Source of the DNA: a virus
Taxonomy: Duplodnaviria > Heunggongvirae > Uroviricota > Caudoviricetes
IMG/VR virus record: IMGVR_UViG_3300018878_000133
Span: 1 to 64,000 of that record
Reading direction: 5' to 3' (one strand)
Length of the DNA: 64,000 bases
The position numbers and the translations under genes are program-made. The notes beneath the pieces are model-generated. The model saw only the letters and a list, made by a program, of their open reading frames with translations. It ran no database searches and was not told the DNA's origin. Below, in pieces: positions 27,833 to 38,043 of the stretch; the stretch's first letter is position 1; every line of letters begins with the position of its first letter.

Positions 27833-28074
27833 TATGCTAAATTAAAAGAAGAAAGTAAATTATAAATAAAAAATTTAAGGGTATGTCTGAAAAGATGACT
27901 ATCCTCGTGTCCGAAAATTTGAAAAGATAATTTTAAAGGAGACTTATAATATGAATATAAGATCATTATCAAACTCGTTTGTTATTAAAGTCTAGCTTTA
28001 TTTTATCTAGTAGATAACTAACGGGTTTATTTTATTTATATAAAAAATGATAAAAAGGAGTTAAATATAATAGT

Positions 28075-29772
28075 ATGTCTGCAAAAAAGATTACAACGCG
28101 AATTCAAAATAAGCATGACTTAGAAGTAAATTGGCTTAACGCTACTAATTTTAAACCTCTTGCAGGTGAGATCGTCGTTTATGATACCGAAGTAGACGAA
28201 AATGGAAACGTCCTAGTTGATGCTGAAGGTAATCCAAAATTACCGAAGAATAAAGATGGCACATACAGCAGAACTGAGCCATATACCTATGAACGTATGA
28301 AGATTGGTGACGGTAGAACTCCAGTAAATAAGCTACCTTTTTTTGGTATTGAACAAAAGTCCGAGGAAAGGTATGCTCCAATGGAAGTTGGAGATACAAC
28401 AACTTATGGTATTAGATGGCTTGGCGCAGCATCTATTCCGGAAATAGAAAATCTTCCAATTGCCGAAGGTCTTGATATCTTTAAATGCGTAGATAATACT
28501 GGATATGAAGGAACCTTTAGTATTTGGTACTATGACGATATGGGACAAAGAATTTATCAAACATTTCCCGGAATCAATGGTGCCGTGGATGTCTCTGGAA
28601 TGGACTTTTACAGTTCTTGGCAGCAATTGTTAAAAGAAGATTCTTCTAATGCGTTTGGTTACATGGACCCTCCAGAAACGCTCGGTATTACTTCTATAGA
28701 GATTACTTGGATTGCAGATTGGGCAAAACCTTATTTAGAGATCTACAAAGAAGTACGTATTGAAGACCAATATGTATCCTTTGACTCTCAAAAGTTGACA
28801 GAAGAACAAAAAGCTCAGGCAAGAGAAAATATTGGTCTGCCGCCAGATATATTAGAGCCAGTTATTTTTTCAAAATGGATTGATGGTAATACAGACTATT
28901 CAGATAGTTCAGATGGTATAAAAATTACTGTTGATAGTATTGACACACCTATTTATACATATGCAGATCCAAGTATAGACGGTGCATGGGCTTATTGTTT
29001 TCGAGTAAATAATATAGACTTTGGCTATGTTTCAGGCCTTTATGATTTAATCTACTTCCCAGCTAATAAGAACAATCCTGCAACTTTTACATTAAGAGAT
29101 TTTATTAACTCATTTAGTGCTAGCAGCATTTTATCAGAAACCTCTGCTCCGTATACAATAACGATTACTTCTGACGCAGGAGAGTCTGGTGAAGGTTACA
29201 TCTATGCATATGCTGATAAGAAAAGATTGCGCATAGATACAGATAAGTCTTTAACTCACGATGGTCTTGCAGCGGACGCTAAAGTTGTTGGAGACACTAT
29301 TAATAACCTTGTATCCTGTGAGTATGAATTTGAAGAAACTTCTATTAGCACTATACAAGAAATTACACAAGAACATATTGACAATGGCTTATACTGGAGA
29401 AGGTTTGACGTTGGTGTGGATGATTTTGGTTGTGGTTTATATGGCGAAGACGGTAGCACCCTTAGTTTTGACTATACGGAAGAGCGCGTTGAATCAACTG
29501 ATTCATCTATTACACTAAAAGTAATATTACCCCAAGCAGCACTAGGTCAATTTATTATGATTGACTGGTGGAATGAAAGTGGTGAAGAAGTAAAAGATCC
29601 TTGTTTCCTTAATTCTAAGCCTAAAAATATAAAAATAGGTAATATAAATATTAATATAGCTACTGATGAAGATGTAATGGAAATTTTATCAACTGTGTGT
29701 AGTCTTGAGCCCGTAACAACATCAAACGGTGCTATTCTAACTGATAATAGTGGTGCTGTTTATACAATTTAA
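28075..29772 (+). CDS. tail fibre/receptor-binding protein with N-terminal fibre motif
   Basis: 'IQNKHDLEVNWLNATNFKPLAGEIVVYD...MKIGDGRTPVNKLPF'; 565 aa. Confidence 0.65.
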   Translation: MSAKKITTRIQNKHDLEVNWLNATNFKPLAGEIVVYDTEVDENGNVLVDAEGNPKLPKNKDGTYSRTEPYTYERMKIGDGRTPVNKLPFFGIEQKSEERYAPMEVGDTTTYGIRWLGAASIPEIENLPIAEGLDIFKCVDNTGYEGTFSIWYYDDMGQRIYQTFPGINGAVDVSGMDFYSSWQQLLKEDSSNAFGYMDPPETLGITSIEITWIADWAKPYLEIYKEVRIEDQYVSFDSQKLTEEQKAQARENIGLPPDILEPVIFSKWIDGNTDYSDSSDGIKITVDSIDTPIYTYADPSIDGAWAYCFRVNNIDFGYVSGLYDLIYFPANKNNPATFTLRDFINSFSASSILSETSAPYTITITSDAGESGEGYIYAYADKKRLRIDTDKSLTHDGLAADAKVVGDTINNLVSCEYEFEETSISTIQEITQEHIDNGLYWRRFDVGVDDFGCGLYGEDGSTLSFDYTEERVESTDSSITLKVILPQAALGQFIMIDWWNESGEEVKDPCFLNSKPKNIKIGNININIATDEDVMEILSTVCSLEPVTTSNGAILTDNSGAVYTI

Positions 29773-29799
29773 TATATTTAAAGAAAGGCAAACTTTAAA

Positions 29800-30597
29800 A
29801 TGATAGATGTTATTATTCCTGCTTACAACTGTGCTAGCACACTAGGCAGAACACTTAGTTCACTAGTAGCTCAAACAGATCAGGATTTTACTGTTACAGT
29901 CGTAGATGACTGCTCTACTGAAGATATTAAATCAATAGTAGATGATTACAATGCTAAATTAAATATAAGATATATTCGTAATGAAACAAATATCGGATGC
30001 GGTATGACTAGACAGGTAGGCATAGATAATACTGAACAGAATTTTATAACATTCTTAGATTCAGATGATATGTTTATGCCTTACGCAGTCGAAACTTTTA
30101 ATGAAGTTATCAAAGCTTATCCTGATATAGAATTTCTTCACACGCATTTTTATGAGCAATACACTTTACATGGAGATAATGTTCTAAGTTTACGGACTGA
30201 TAATTATACTGCGTGTCATGGAAAATTATATAATGTTTCATCACTAAAGAAATATAATATCAGAAATTCTCCTGAAGTCAGATGGGCTGATGATTCGTAT
30301 TTTAATTCAATGTGTAATGCATTTATGAAGATAAATACCATCAAGGTAGTGACTATGTTATGGACTTTTAATAAAAATTCTGTGCTTAGAAAAACTGACA
30401 GCGAAAGAGACAAAAAGCAGGATTCTGATTTTATAAATGCTATGTACCTATCTGCAAAATTTATTGCTGAGAATAATGGTGACATGACATATATTAAAAA
30501 AACTGTAGAAGAAATGCAAAACAAATATAAAAATTTAAAAGGTAAAGATTTAGCCTTATTAAATAAAATAATAAATTATACAAGGAGGAAGTCATAA
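29800..30597 (+). CDS. family-2 glycosyltransferase
   Basis: 'IDVIIPAYNCASTLGRTLSSLVAQTDQDFTVTVVDDCSTED' and a 'DSDD' DxD motif typical of GT-A/GT2. Confidence 0.8.
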   Translation: MIDVIIPAYNCASTLGRTLSSLVAQTDQDFTVTVVDDCSTEDIKSIVDDYNAKLNIRYIRNETNIGCGMTRQVGIDNTEQNFITFLDSDDMFMPYAVETFNEVIKAYPDIEFLHTHFYEQYTLHGDNVLSLRTDNYTACHGKLYNVSSLKKYNIRNSPEVRWADDSYFNSMCNAFMKINTIKVVTMLWTFNKNSVLRKTDSERDKKQDSDFINAMYLSAKFIAENNGDMTYIKKTVEEMQNKYKNLKGKDLALLNKIINYTRRKS

Positions 30598-31406
30598 TGG
30601 CTTACCAATACAAAAAATTAAGTGAAGTAGAAATGCACGAAAATCCGTCCTCTCCTAACATTCTTGTTGAAGAAGGCGGAGAAGTTGTAAGAGTTCCAGC
30701 ATCTAACTTAACCACTTCTGGTTCAAAAGTTCAGGCTGACTGGAATGAAACCAATGAAGACAGTCCAGCATTTATTTTAAATAAACCAGATCTAGGTTCA
30801 ATTGGCGGTGGTGACTCAGCGGGAAGCACTGTACTGTATCATGGAAGCTCTGCATCTATTTATGTTGATGAGAATCACTCACAGATTGCCGATTATGGTA
30901 ATATTTATAATGATTTTATAGCTGGTAATAGAGTTCTTGTGAAAAATGACAACAACGGCGCGGTCGTAGAACTTTTAGGTGTTTATTATACAGCTTCAAC
31001 TGGTTCTGAATATGTTAGTTTAGTAATGCTAGATAGAATGAGTCTAGAAGGTGGTTCGCCGGCTATAACTGTACATCAAAGTTCTACAACAACTTCTCTT
31101 AATACAATTGAACCGTCAAAAGTTAGCGCTGACACAGTAGTATATAATAGTAGTTCAGCCGCCAGTGGTACAAATTCTAATCTGTATATAGCATCTACAG
31201 GTGAACGTTGCTCAGCTGCTGTCGCACAAGCAGACCTCAATGCTAATAAACGTATATTAATACACTACTCTAGTGATGAATCTGGTTGGAATATTGCTAC
31301 TTATGCCGTAATTGGTTCATATACTGGCAGTGACGGTTATTTACGTTTAATATTAGTTGAGCCGGCTGGCACTTCACTTAGAACACTTACATTCTATGCC
31401 AACTAA
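30597..31406 (+). CDS. hypothetical structural protein
   Basis: 269-aa ORF, start overlaps GT2 stop; Ser/Gly/Thr-rich. Confidence 0.5.
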   Translation: MAYQYKKLSEVEMHENPSSPNILVEEGGEVVRVPASNLTTSGSKVQADWNETNEDSPAFILNKPDLGSIGGGDSAGSTVLYHGSSASIYVDENHSQIADYGNIYNDFIAGNRVLVKNDNNGAVVELLGVYYTASTGSEYVSLVMLDRMSLEGGSPAITVHQSSTTTSLNTIEPSKVSADTVVYNSSSAASGTNSNLYIASTGERCSAAVAQADLNANKRILIHYSSDESGWNIATYAVIGSYTGSDGYLRLILVEPAGTSLRTLTFYAN

Positions 31407-31419
31407 GGGGTAAATTATT

Positions 31420-32736
31420 ATGGCAAACAACAACTTAATCACAGTTGATGTTTTAGCTTCTGTATTAGGAGCATTTAAAGAGTCATTACAAAAAAATGAC
31501 TCTTTAAATGCTGTTACGGAATCTCAGGATAGTGACGTTCCTGTTCTATTTATTACTGGTTCTATACCGGATTCGAAGAACTATGTTAATGGTGAACTTG
31601 AATATACCTCTAAAACATTAACTTTTAAAGCTTATACAAAAATTAAACTACAAGGAACCTCTACACTAGCGCTTCCAAAAAAGAATTTTACTTTTAAATT
31701 GTTTAGTGATGAGTGGCGTACAATGCCGCTAAGCATTAATTTTAGAAATTGGGGTTCATCTAACATCTTTACTCTTAAGGCAGACTATAACGATATTCTA
31801 CATGCTAGAAACATAGTATGTTCTAATTTATGGAGCAAGGTAGTTGCCAGCAGACATGATTATGATTCATTGCCAGAAGAACTTAGAAATAGCCCAAATA
31901 ATGGTGCTATTGATGGTTTTCCTGTAAAAGTTTATATTAACAATGAATATGTCGGTTTGTATGGCTTAGTTACTAATAAGAATGCCAAACTTTTCGGTAT
32001 GAATGAAAATAATCCTAAGCATACTGTACTTCAGGCTGAATTTAATGATAATGGTAATAGTTCCGTACAAAAAAATCCATGTAACTTTAATACTGTATGG
32101 AATGGTGAAGATACTTATTGGAGTGTTGAAGTCGGTAATGACGTAACAAATATTAAAAATAAATTTCAGACTTTATATGAAAATGTGCATGGTGGTTATG
32201 TTAACAACGTTTCTGATGCTATTACACGTAGTCTTGATAAACAGAGCCTGATAGACTATTACATACTTCAGGACGTCATTCTAGGTACAGATGGCTTAGC
32301 CAAGAACATGCTTCTTGTTACGTATGACTTAGATAAATGGTATTTAAGTGCTTATGATCTCGACGCTACTTTTGACTTATCTTGGGAGGGAGAATTGCTT
32401 AACTCAAGTAGAGTATCATTATTTGGCGACGACGGACGTCCTGCAATTAACAATCCTTACCTAAACCATTATAGTATACTTCCTAGCATTATTGGCAACT
32501 TTTATTCCAATGATTATATTGAGAGATACGCAGAGTTGAGAGAGTCAGTTTTAAGCTATAGTTCAATAATGTACGAGTTTGAAAAATATATTAATAGTTA
32601 TGGTGGCGAAGATGAGGCTATAAAAGATACTATTGCCAATCCGGATATTCCTTTAGTGACCACAAACACTTTAAGCTATTTAAGAACGTTTGTTAAAGAG
32701 CATCTTGAGTACTTAGATTCTAAATATCTTAATTAA
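31420..32736 (+). CDS. CotH-like domain protein
   Basis: 'LIDYYILQDVILGTDGLAKNMLLVTYDLDKWYLSAYDLDATFDLSW' resembles the CotH family core (...DY.......D....N...........W....WDLD.SFG). Confidence 0.5.
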   Translation: MANNNLITVDVLASVLGAFKESLQKNDSLNAVTESQDSDVPVLFITGSIPDSKNYVNGELEYTSKTLTFKAYTKIKLQGTSTLALPKKNFTFKLFSDEWRTMPLSINFRNWGSSNIFTLKADYNDILHARNIVCSNLWSKVVASRHDYDSLPEELRNSPNNGAIDGFPVKVYINNEYVGLYGLVTNKNAKLFGMNENNPKHTVLQAEFNDNGNSSVQKNPCNFNTVWNGEDTYWSVEVGNDVTNIKNKFQTLYENVHGGYVNNVSDAITRSLDKQSLIDYYILQDVILGTDGLAKNMLLVTYDLDKWYLSAYDLDATFDLSWEGELLNSSRVSLFGDDGRPAINNPYLNHYSILPSIIGNFYSNDYIERYAELRESVLSYSSIMYEFEKYINSYGGEDEAIKDTIANPDIPLVTTNTLSYLRTFVKEHLEYLDSKYLN

Positions 32737-32750
32737 GAAAGGTGAATTGA

Positions 32751-34346
32751 ATGGCTAAATATTTAAAAACAGAAGAAGGTTATAAAAACGCTTCTGATAT
32801 ATGTTACTCTAAAGAAGAGACTGATAATAAATTCCTCACCGCCGAAAAGGTTGATAATGCTATTTTAAGTACTACATTATTTACATACACTGTCAGTAAT
32901 ATTGAAGGCGCTACATACGGCTTTGCTTTGAATGACAATGGTTATTATGAGTCTCAGAATAAGGGTAAAGCTGGTTCTTATGCTATTTGTAGAGTAGATA
33001 TTGATGTACCAGAAAAGTGTGACGTTGTATTTGATGTAATTAATTATGCTGAGGCTAATTATGACTATGCCGTATTTGGTACTATAGACAAAGAGTTGGT
33101 GCGGAATGCCGCCAATACGACAACCAATGTAAAAGAGACACTAAAAGGTAAATCAAGTGCATCAGTAATCAATGTTATTTATTCTAATGTATCAGCTGGA
33201 AGTCATTTTATAGAAATTAAATTTATAAAAGATGGTAGTGGTAATAATAATAATGATTCAGCGCAATTTAAACTAATAGATAATAATTCAGAATTACAAA
33301 AAATTCTTCGTAATACACTAAAAGTAGATACAGCTGGTAATAGTTTTGTTAGTGGAAAAATCTATACCGGCACGACAACTACTTCTTCTAATAATCAGCT
33401 ATTAAACAGAAGTGAAGTACAATCATTAGTAAGTACGTCAGTGAGCTCTGCAGTAAGCTCTGCATCAACTAAGCTACAAAGCGCTATTGATAAGAAACTC
33501 GATGGTACGATTGCTGAACTAGTATACACTAGTGAACCTTACGGTAACACAGCAAGGTTCACGGTTAACAGCGCAGACGATGAAATAACTTTGGTGAATA
33601 ATACTAATGGTGATGTATATTACTATGGCGTAGATATAAACGGGAATGAGTTTATTAACTGTAGTTTCGGTTGTCATGCGGGTGAAAGAACAACTACTAC
33701 ACTTAATGAGCTTTACTATTACCATAATGGTAGCTATATGTCAAATCCTTATGGGCCATTTTATCTAGGTTTTAATCTAGATTATTCTATGGGTGATGAA
33801 GGCACTGTTAGCTTCTATGCATCAAGCAAGCACTTAGAAGCCAAAGACTTAATTACTCTCCCCGTATTACAAGAAAAACAGTATACTGTTATATCAAAAT
33901 CAGACATTAACGAACAGAAGACTTATAATATTACTTTGACTGAAACGAATGTTAAAACTGGCATTTTTTGTACTGCTGCTAATTCTGAGGCACATTTATA
34001 TATTACTTTGAAAACGGCTGACGGTAGGTTATTTGCAAATGATCCTAGTTTTGCTGATATATCAGTCTATCTAACATATGAAGGTAATAAACAGAATGTT
34101 TTAGACTGTGGCATTCTAGATAACTTAACAGGAACTGAAGCTGAAAAATTAGCCAGTATTGTAGGGTGTACTCTGGAAATACATGAATATGGTTTTAATG
34201 ATGGAAGTGACTGCGGTGTTAGCAGAATAGAATATATAAATTCACCAGAAATAAAAGCAACAAAGCAGACACTATTAGAGATGGAAATTGAGTGGGAAGA
34301 CGAAAATGAGGGAACTAGCATTTTCAAACTGATTGGGGTTGAATAA
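32751..34346 (+). CDS. hypothetical structural protein
   Basis: 531-aa ORF with RBS AAGGTG. Confidence 0.5.
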   Translation: MAKYLKTEEGYKNASDICYSKEETDNKFLTAEKVDNAILSTTLFTYTVSNIEGATYGFALNDNGYYESQNKGKAGSYAICRVDIDVPEKCDVVFDVINYAEANYDYAVFGTIDKELVRNAANTTTNVKETLKGKSSASVINVIYSNVSAGSHFIEIKFIKDGSGNNNNDSAQFKLIDNNSELQKILRNTLKVDTAGNSFVSGKIYTGTTTTSSNNQLLNRSEVQSLVSTSVSSAVSSASTKLQSAIDKKLDGTIAELVYTSEPYGNTARFTVNSADDEITLVNNTNGDVYYYGVDINGNEFINCSFGCHAGERTTTTLNELYYYHNGSYMSNPYGPFYLGFNLDYSMGDEGTVSFYASSKHLEAKDLITLPVLQEKQYTVISKSDINEQKTYNITLTETNVKTGIFCTAANSEAHLYITLKTADGRLFANDPSFADISVYLTYEGNKQNVLDCGILDNLTGTEAEKLASIVGCTLEIHEYGFNDGSDCGVSRIEYINSPEIKATKQTLLEMEIEWEDENEGTSIFKLIGVE

Positions 34347-34980
34347 TATGTCAAAACCAAGAACAATAAAAATAAATGGTCAGCCAGTAAAGTCTGTTAA
34401 GATAAATGGTAAATTATGGTTTTCTTCTGGACCTACCAAGATCAATACTCCGCATTTACCTCATACTACATTTAGTTACTGTGACAGTTATATAGATGTT
34501 CGTGCCTACCTTGCGGACTACAATGATACTACTGTAAGAATAACTGGCGAATATGAACAGATAGCAAGTGGTACATATGCTATTTATATTGAACCTCTAG
34601 AAGGCTATTGCTGGCGCGATGGAAGCACAGATAGAATAGTGCTTACTTGGGAAATTTTACCTAGACAGGCATCCTACATTACTGTTCGTTACCAAATGCA
34701 AACAAATGACTATGGCGATTGGGATGAGGGATCACTAGTTACTGTGAGTGGTTCGTATTGGATAGACGCCTACGATGAATACGGTCATCTTAGTACATCA
34801 GATTATCTACCTATAAATAATGTATACGGTGATTATTCTTATGAAAATGAATATATCGATATTAGCGGTCATTATGAAGATATTTATTATTCATTTGAAA
34901 TAGAAATACCAGTTATTGATGATAATTATCCAGATACTGTCTATAGTGAAGATAATGGAAATTTAATTTTCTATAGATAA
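34333..34980 (+). CDS. hypothetical protein
   Basis: 215-aa ORF overlapping upstream stop; Tyr/Asp-rich. Confidence 0.45.
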   Translation: MGLNNMSKPRTIKINGQPVKSVKINGKLWFSSGPTKINTPHLPHTTFSYCDSYIDVRAYLADYNDTTVRITGEYEQIASGTYAIYIEPLEGYCWRDGSTDRIVLTWEILPRQASYITVRYQMQTNDYGDWDEGSLVTVSGSYWIDAYDEYGHLSTSDYLPINNVYGDYSYENEYIDISGHYEDIYYSFEIEIPVIDDNYPDTVYSEDNGNLIFYR

Positions 34981-35012
34981 ATAAAAATTTAAATATAAAG
35001 GAGAAGAATACT

Positions 35013-35993
35013 ATGACTAATTTACCTATCAGCGGTGAATTTAAAATCACTGCAATATTTGGTCAGCAAGGAAAATATTGGGCTAATAGTCACAAAGGCC
35101 TTGATATTGTCTGCTCAAATAGAACAATTTACGCCACATGTGATGGTACCGTTCGCAACGTAGCTTTTGACGAGGGTGGCTGGGGACAGTACGTCTCAGT
35201 TGGTGATGAAGCTGGAAACAGACACATTTTTTGTCATCTAGTAAAAGGTAGTGTTAAGGTAAAGAAAGGACAGAAAGTATCTAGAACTACTGTTTTAGGC
35301 ACCATGGGTACTACAGGCAATAGTACCGGTGTGCATCTTCATTATCAAATTAATAATGCAAATAACACAGCTATTGACCCGACACCTTATTTAGGTATTC
35401 CTAATGTTAAAGGCGCATATAATAGCGATAATTACCATATTAGAGATTTATTTAAAGACGACAAAAAGATAGCTTCGTGGGCAAAAGATGCAGTTTACAG
35501 TCTTAAAGAGTCTAAGATTATGAATGGCAATACTGATGGTACTTTTAATCCAACCAATAATATTACCAGACAGGAAATGGCTGTGCTTGTTAACAACGTT
35601 TGTAATGTTAAAAAATATAAATTCACAGCACAGGCTGATAGTGCAAAGTACTTAGACGATAAGAAAATAGCTTCATGGGCAAAAGACGCTGTTTATAGCT
35701 TAAAGAAAAAGAAACTAATGAATGGTGATGGCTCTAACTTTAACCCTACAGCTAATATTACTCGTCAAGAGGCTGCTGTTTTGATAAATAATATTTATGC
35801 AAAGTCAAGCACAGCTTCAACAGCTAAATTCCTAGACGACGCTTTAATTGCTAAGTGGGCAAAAACTGCTGTATATAATCTTAAAAAAGCTGGTATCATG
35901 TCAGGTAAAGGTGCAAACAGATTTGATCCTAAAGGTTATTTAACCAGACAGGAAGCAGCCATGCTTATAAGCAATCTTATCAAAAAGAAATAA
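35013..35993 (+). CDS. M23 peptidase fused to three SLH (S-layer homology) repeats
   Basis: M23 motifs 'HKGLDIV...DGTV...' and 'GTTGNSTGVHLHYQI'; three C-terminal repeats 'DDKKIASWAKDAVYSLK...MNG..DG.FNPT.NITRQE.AVL' of SLH type. Confidence 0.8.
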   Translation: MTNLPISGEFKITAIFGQQGKYWANSHKGLDIVCSNRTIYATCDGTVRNVAFDEGGWGQYVSVGDEAGNRHIFCHLVKGSVKVKKGQKVSRTTVLGTMGTTGNSTGVHLHYQINNANNTAIDPTPYLGIPNVKGAYNSDNYHIRDLFKDDKKIASWAKDAVYSLKESKIMNGNTDGTFNPTNNITRQEMAVLVNNVCNVKKYKFTAQADSAKYLDDKKIASWAKDAVYSLKKKKLMNGDGSNFNPTANITRQEAAVLINNIYAKSSTASTAKFLDDALIAKWAKTAVYNLKKAGIMSGKGANRFDPKGYLTRQEAAMLISNLIKKK

Positions 35994-36031
35994 GTTTTTA
36001 AAATTAAATAACAGAAAGGGGCGAGTAGCCT

Positions 36032-37006
36032 ATGTCTTTTAAGTTGGCTTTATCTGCTGGGCATTATTTGTATACTGCAGGTAAAAGATGCTTAAAGTCT
36101 CTAGACGTGACTGAAACTAGAGAGTGGTGGCTAAATGATCGTATTGCCGATAGGCTTGAGCTCCTTTTGTCTGACTATGAAGGTATAGAGATATTAAGAT
36201 TAGATGATACTTCTGGCAAGAAAGAAATTTCTCTTTCTAAACGCGCCTCAAAATCAGACATGTGGAATGCGGATTTATATCTTGCAATACATCATAATGC
36301 TGGGATTAAAGGAGGTACTGGAGGCGGTATAGTTGCTTATTGCTATAGCGGCACAGTACCTCAAAATACTATTGATTGGCAAAAATCTTTTTATAATGAA
36401 TTAATACGATTAACTGGTCTAAAAGGTAATCGGGCCAACGGATGTGCTAGAGCGAACTTATTTGAATGCCGAGAACCTAAGGCAGACTCAGTTTTACTTG
36501 AGCTTGGCTTTATGGATAGTAAAACAGATGTTCCTATAATTTTAACTCAAGAATATGCTAATAAATGTGCTCAAGCTTGCTGTAATGTAATTGTTAAAAA
36601 AGCTAAATTAAGTAAGAAGGCATATACTGTAAGTAAGATAGATACCTATAAAGTTATTGCTAATTTAAATAAATATTCAAGTGCTGTAGACGCTATTAAG
36701 CAGATTAATAGTAAGGGTACTTATAAAACAGGCACATATTATTTATTTAATAAATATCCAAATGGTATAAGTGGAATGTACAATATTACCACTGATAGAA
36801 CAGGTAATACAGCAGGCGCTTGGATTAACCCAGCAGAAAATAAAATTAATAATAAGCTTTATAGAGTTAGAAAGTCTAAAAATGACGCAAAAACTCAAAA
36901 AGGTGCATACTCAAATTTAGAGAATGCAAAAGCTGCTTGTAAAAAAGCAGGTAAAGGTTATCATGTATTTGATTCTGACTATACAATAGTTTATTCAAAT
37001 ACTTAA
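36032..37006 (+). CDS. N-acetylmuramoyl-L-alanine amidase (Amidase_3-type endolysin) with C-terminal binding domain
   Basis: 'LAIHHNAG', 'ELGFMDSKTD' and the Glu/His spacing characteristic of Amidase_3; sits just upstream of small membrane ORFs. Confidence 0.75.
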   Translation: MSFKLALSAGHYLYTAGKRCLKSLDVTETREWWLNDRIADRLELLLSDYEGIEILRLDDTSGKKEISLSKRASKSDMWNADLYLAIHHNAGIKGGTGGGIVAYCYSGTVPQNTIDWQKSFYNELIRLTGLKGNRANGCARANLFECREPKADSVLLELGFMDSKTDVPIILTQEYANKCAQACCNVIVKKAKLSKKAYTVSKIDTYKVIANLNKYSSAVDAIKQINSKGTYKTGTYYLFNKYPNGISGMYNITTDRTGNTAGAWINPAENKINNKLYRVRKSKNDAKTQKGAYSNLENAKAACKKAGKGYHVFDSDYTIVYSNT

Positions 37007-37034
37007 TATAACTTAAAGTAAAGGAGAATCTTAA

Positions 37035-37439
37035 ATGCAATTAGATTGGTTAGACATTTTGTACAAAGTTTTTGAAGTAGCAATTATTCCGATTCTCGGT
37101 GCAGCTACTGTTTATTTAGTAACCCTTATTAAAGCTAAAAAGCAGGAACTGCTTGAGAAAGCAAAAAACGACACAACTAAGAAGTATATTGAATTACTTG
37201 ATAAAACAGTTACTGAGTGTGTTATTGCTACAAACCAGACATTTGTAGAGGCTTTGAAGAAGGAAGGATCCTTTGATATTGAAGCACAGAAAAAAGCTTT
37301 TCAGCTTACCTATGATGCTGTTTTAGACATCTTAACAGATGATGCACAGATTTATTTAAATGAAGCTGTTAAAGACCTTAAGGCGTATATTACAACTAAG
37401 ATTGAATCTGAGGTTGTTGTTGTAAAGCAGGCTGCTTAA
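37035..37439 (+). CDS. single-TM protein, holin/lysis-accessory candidate
   Basis: 134 aa; hydrophobic helix 'VFEVAIIPILGAATVYLVTLI' then a charged tail; adjacent to the endolysin. Confidence 0.4.
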   Translation: MQLDWLDILYKVFEVAIIPILGAATVYLVTLIKAKKQELLEKAKNDTTKKYIELLDKTVTECVIATNQTFVEALKKEGSFDIEAQKKAFQLTYDAVLDILTDDAQIYLNEAVKDLKAYITTKIESEVVVVKQAA

Positions 37440-37458
37440 GCTTAGGAGGTAATACCTA

Positions 37459-37683
37459 ATGACAAATAAACCAAAGAAAAATGTAAAAGTATCTAATATA
37501 TTATTAGTAGTTATTTGTACTATGATAACATTATATACAATAGCTGCTTTTGTACTACAATTTTTTACGAGTGTTGAAATTTCTTCTACACTAACAACTA
37601 GCTTTTTCTCATTTTGGGCTGGCGAATTGTTAATGCTTTGTGGTATAAAAATTAGTAAAGTTATAAAAGATCGTGATGAATAA
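37459..37683 (+). CDS. two-TM small membrane protein, holin candidate
   Basis: 74 aa; two hydrophobic helices and a charged C-terminus 'KVIKDRDE'. Confidence 0.45.
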   Translation: MTNKPKKNVKVSNILLVVICTMITLYTIAAFVLQFFTSVEISSTLTTSFFSFWAGELLMLCGIKISKVIKDRDE

Positions 37684-37731
37684 AAGTAAAGGCAACTAAA
37701 AATATAAATAAATTTAGAGAGGTAAAATTGT

Positions 37732-38043
37732 ATGCAACGAGTATATGGTGAGTTCGATATTACTGGAACAACCTCTGAAAATGTTGTTCAAGCAATAAGA
37801 GAACATGAAGTAAGTCTTGAACTAAACAAGGTGCCTGAAAATTTTGTACTTAGAAAATTAGGTATTAAAGTAGACGCTGCTTGCGAAGTTGAAGTAAATG
37901 GCAGAGACTTTTCTATTAATGCTAAAGAACCTTTAGAATTTGGCTATGATAGTATTAAAGTGAATAGTCTGGTATTTAAAACGACTGGAATAAATGCAGT
38001 TGTTAGATACATGTATTTTAGAGAGGATAAGGTGTATCAATAA
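37732..38043 (+). CDS. hypothetical protein
   Basis: 103-aa ORF; start-stop overlap with next gene (TAATG). Confidence 0.4.
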   Translation: MQRVYGEFDITGTTSENVVQAIREHEVSLELNKVPENFVLRKLGIKVDAACEVEVNGRDFSINAKEPLEFGYDSIKVNSLVFKTTGINAVVRYMYFREDKVYQ

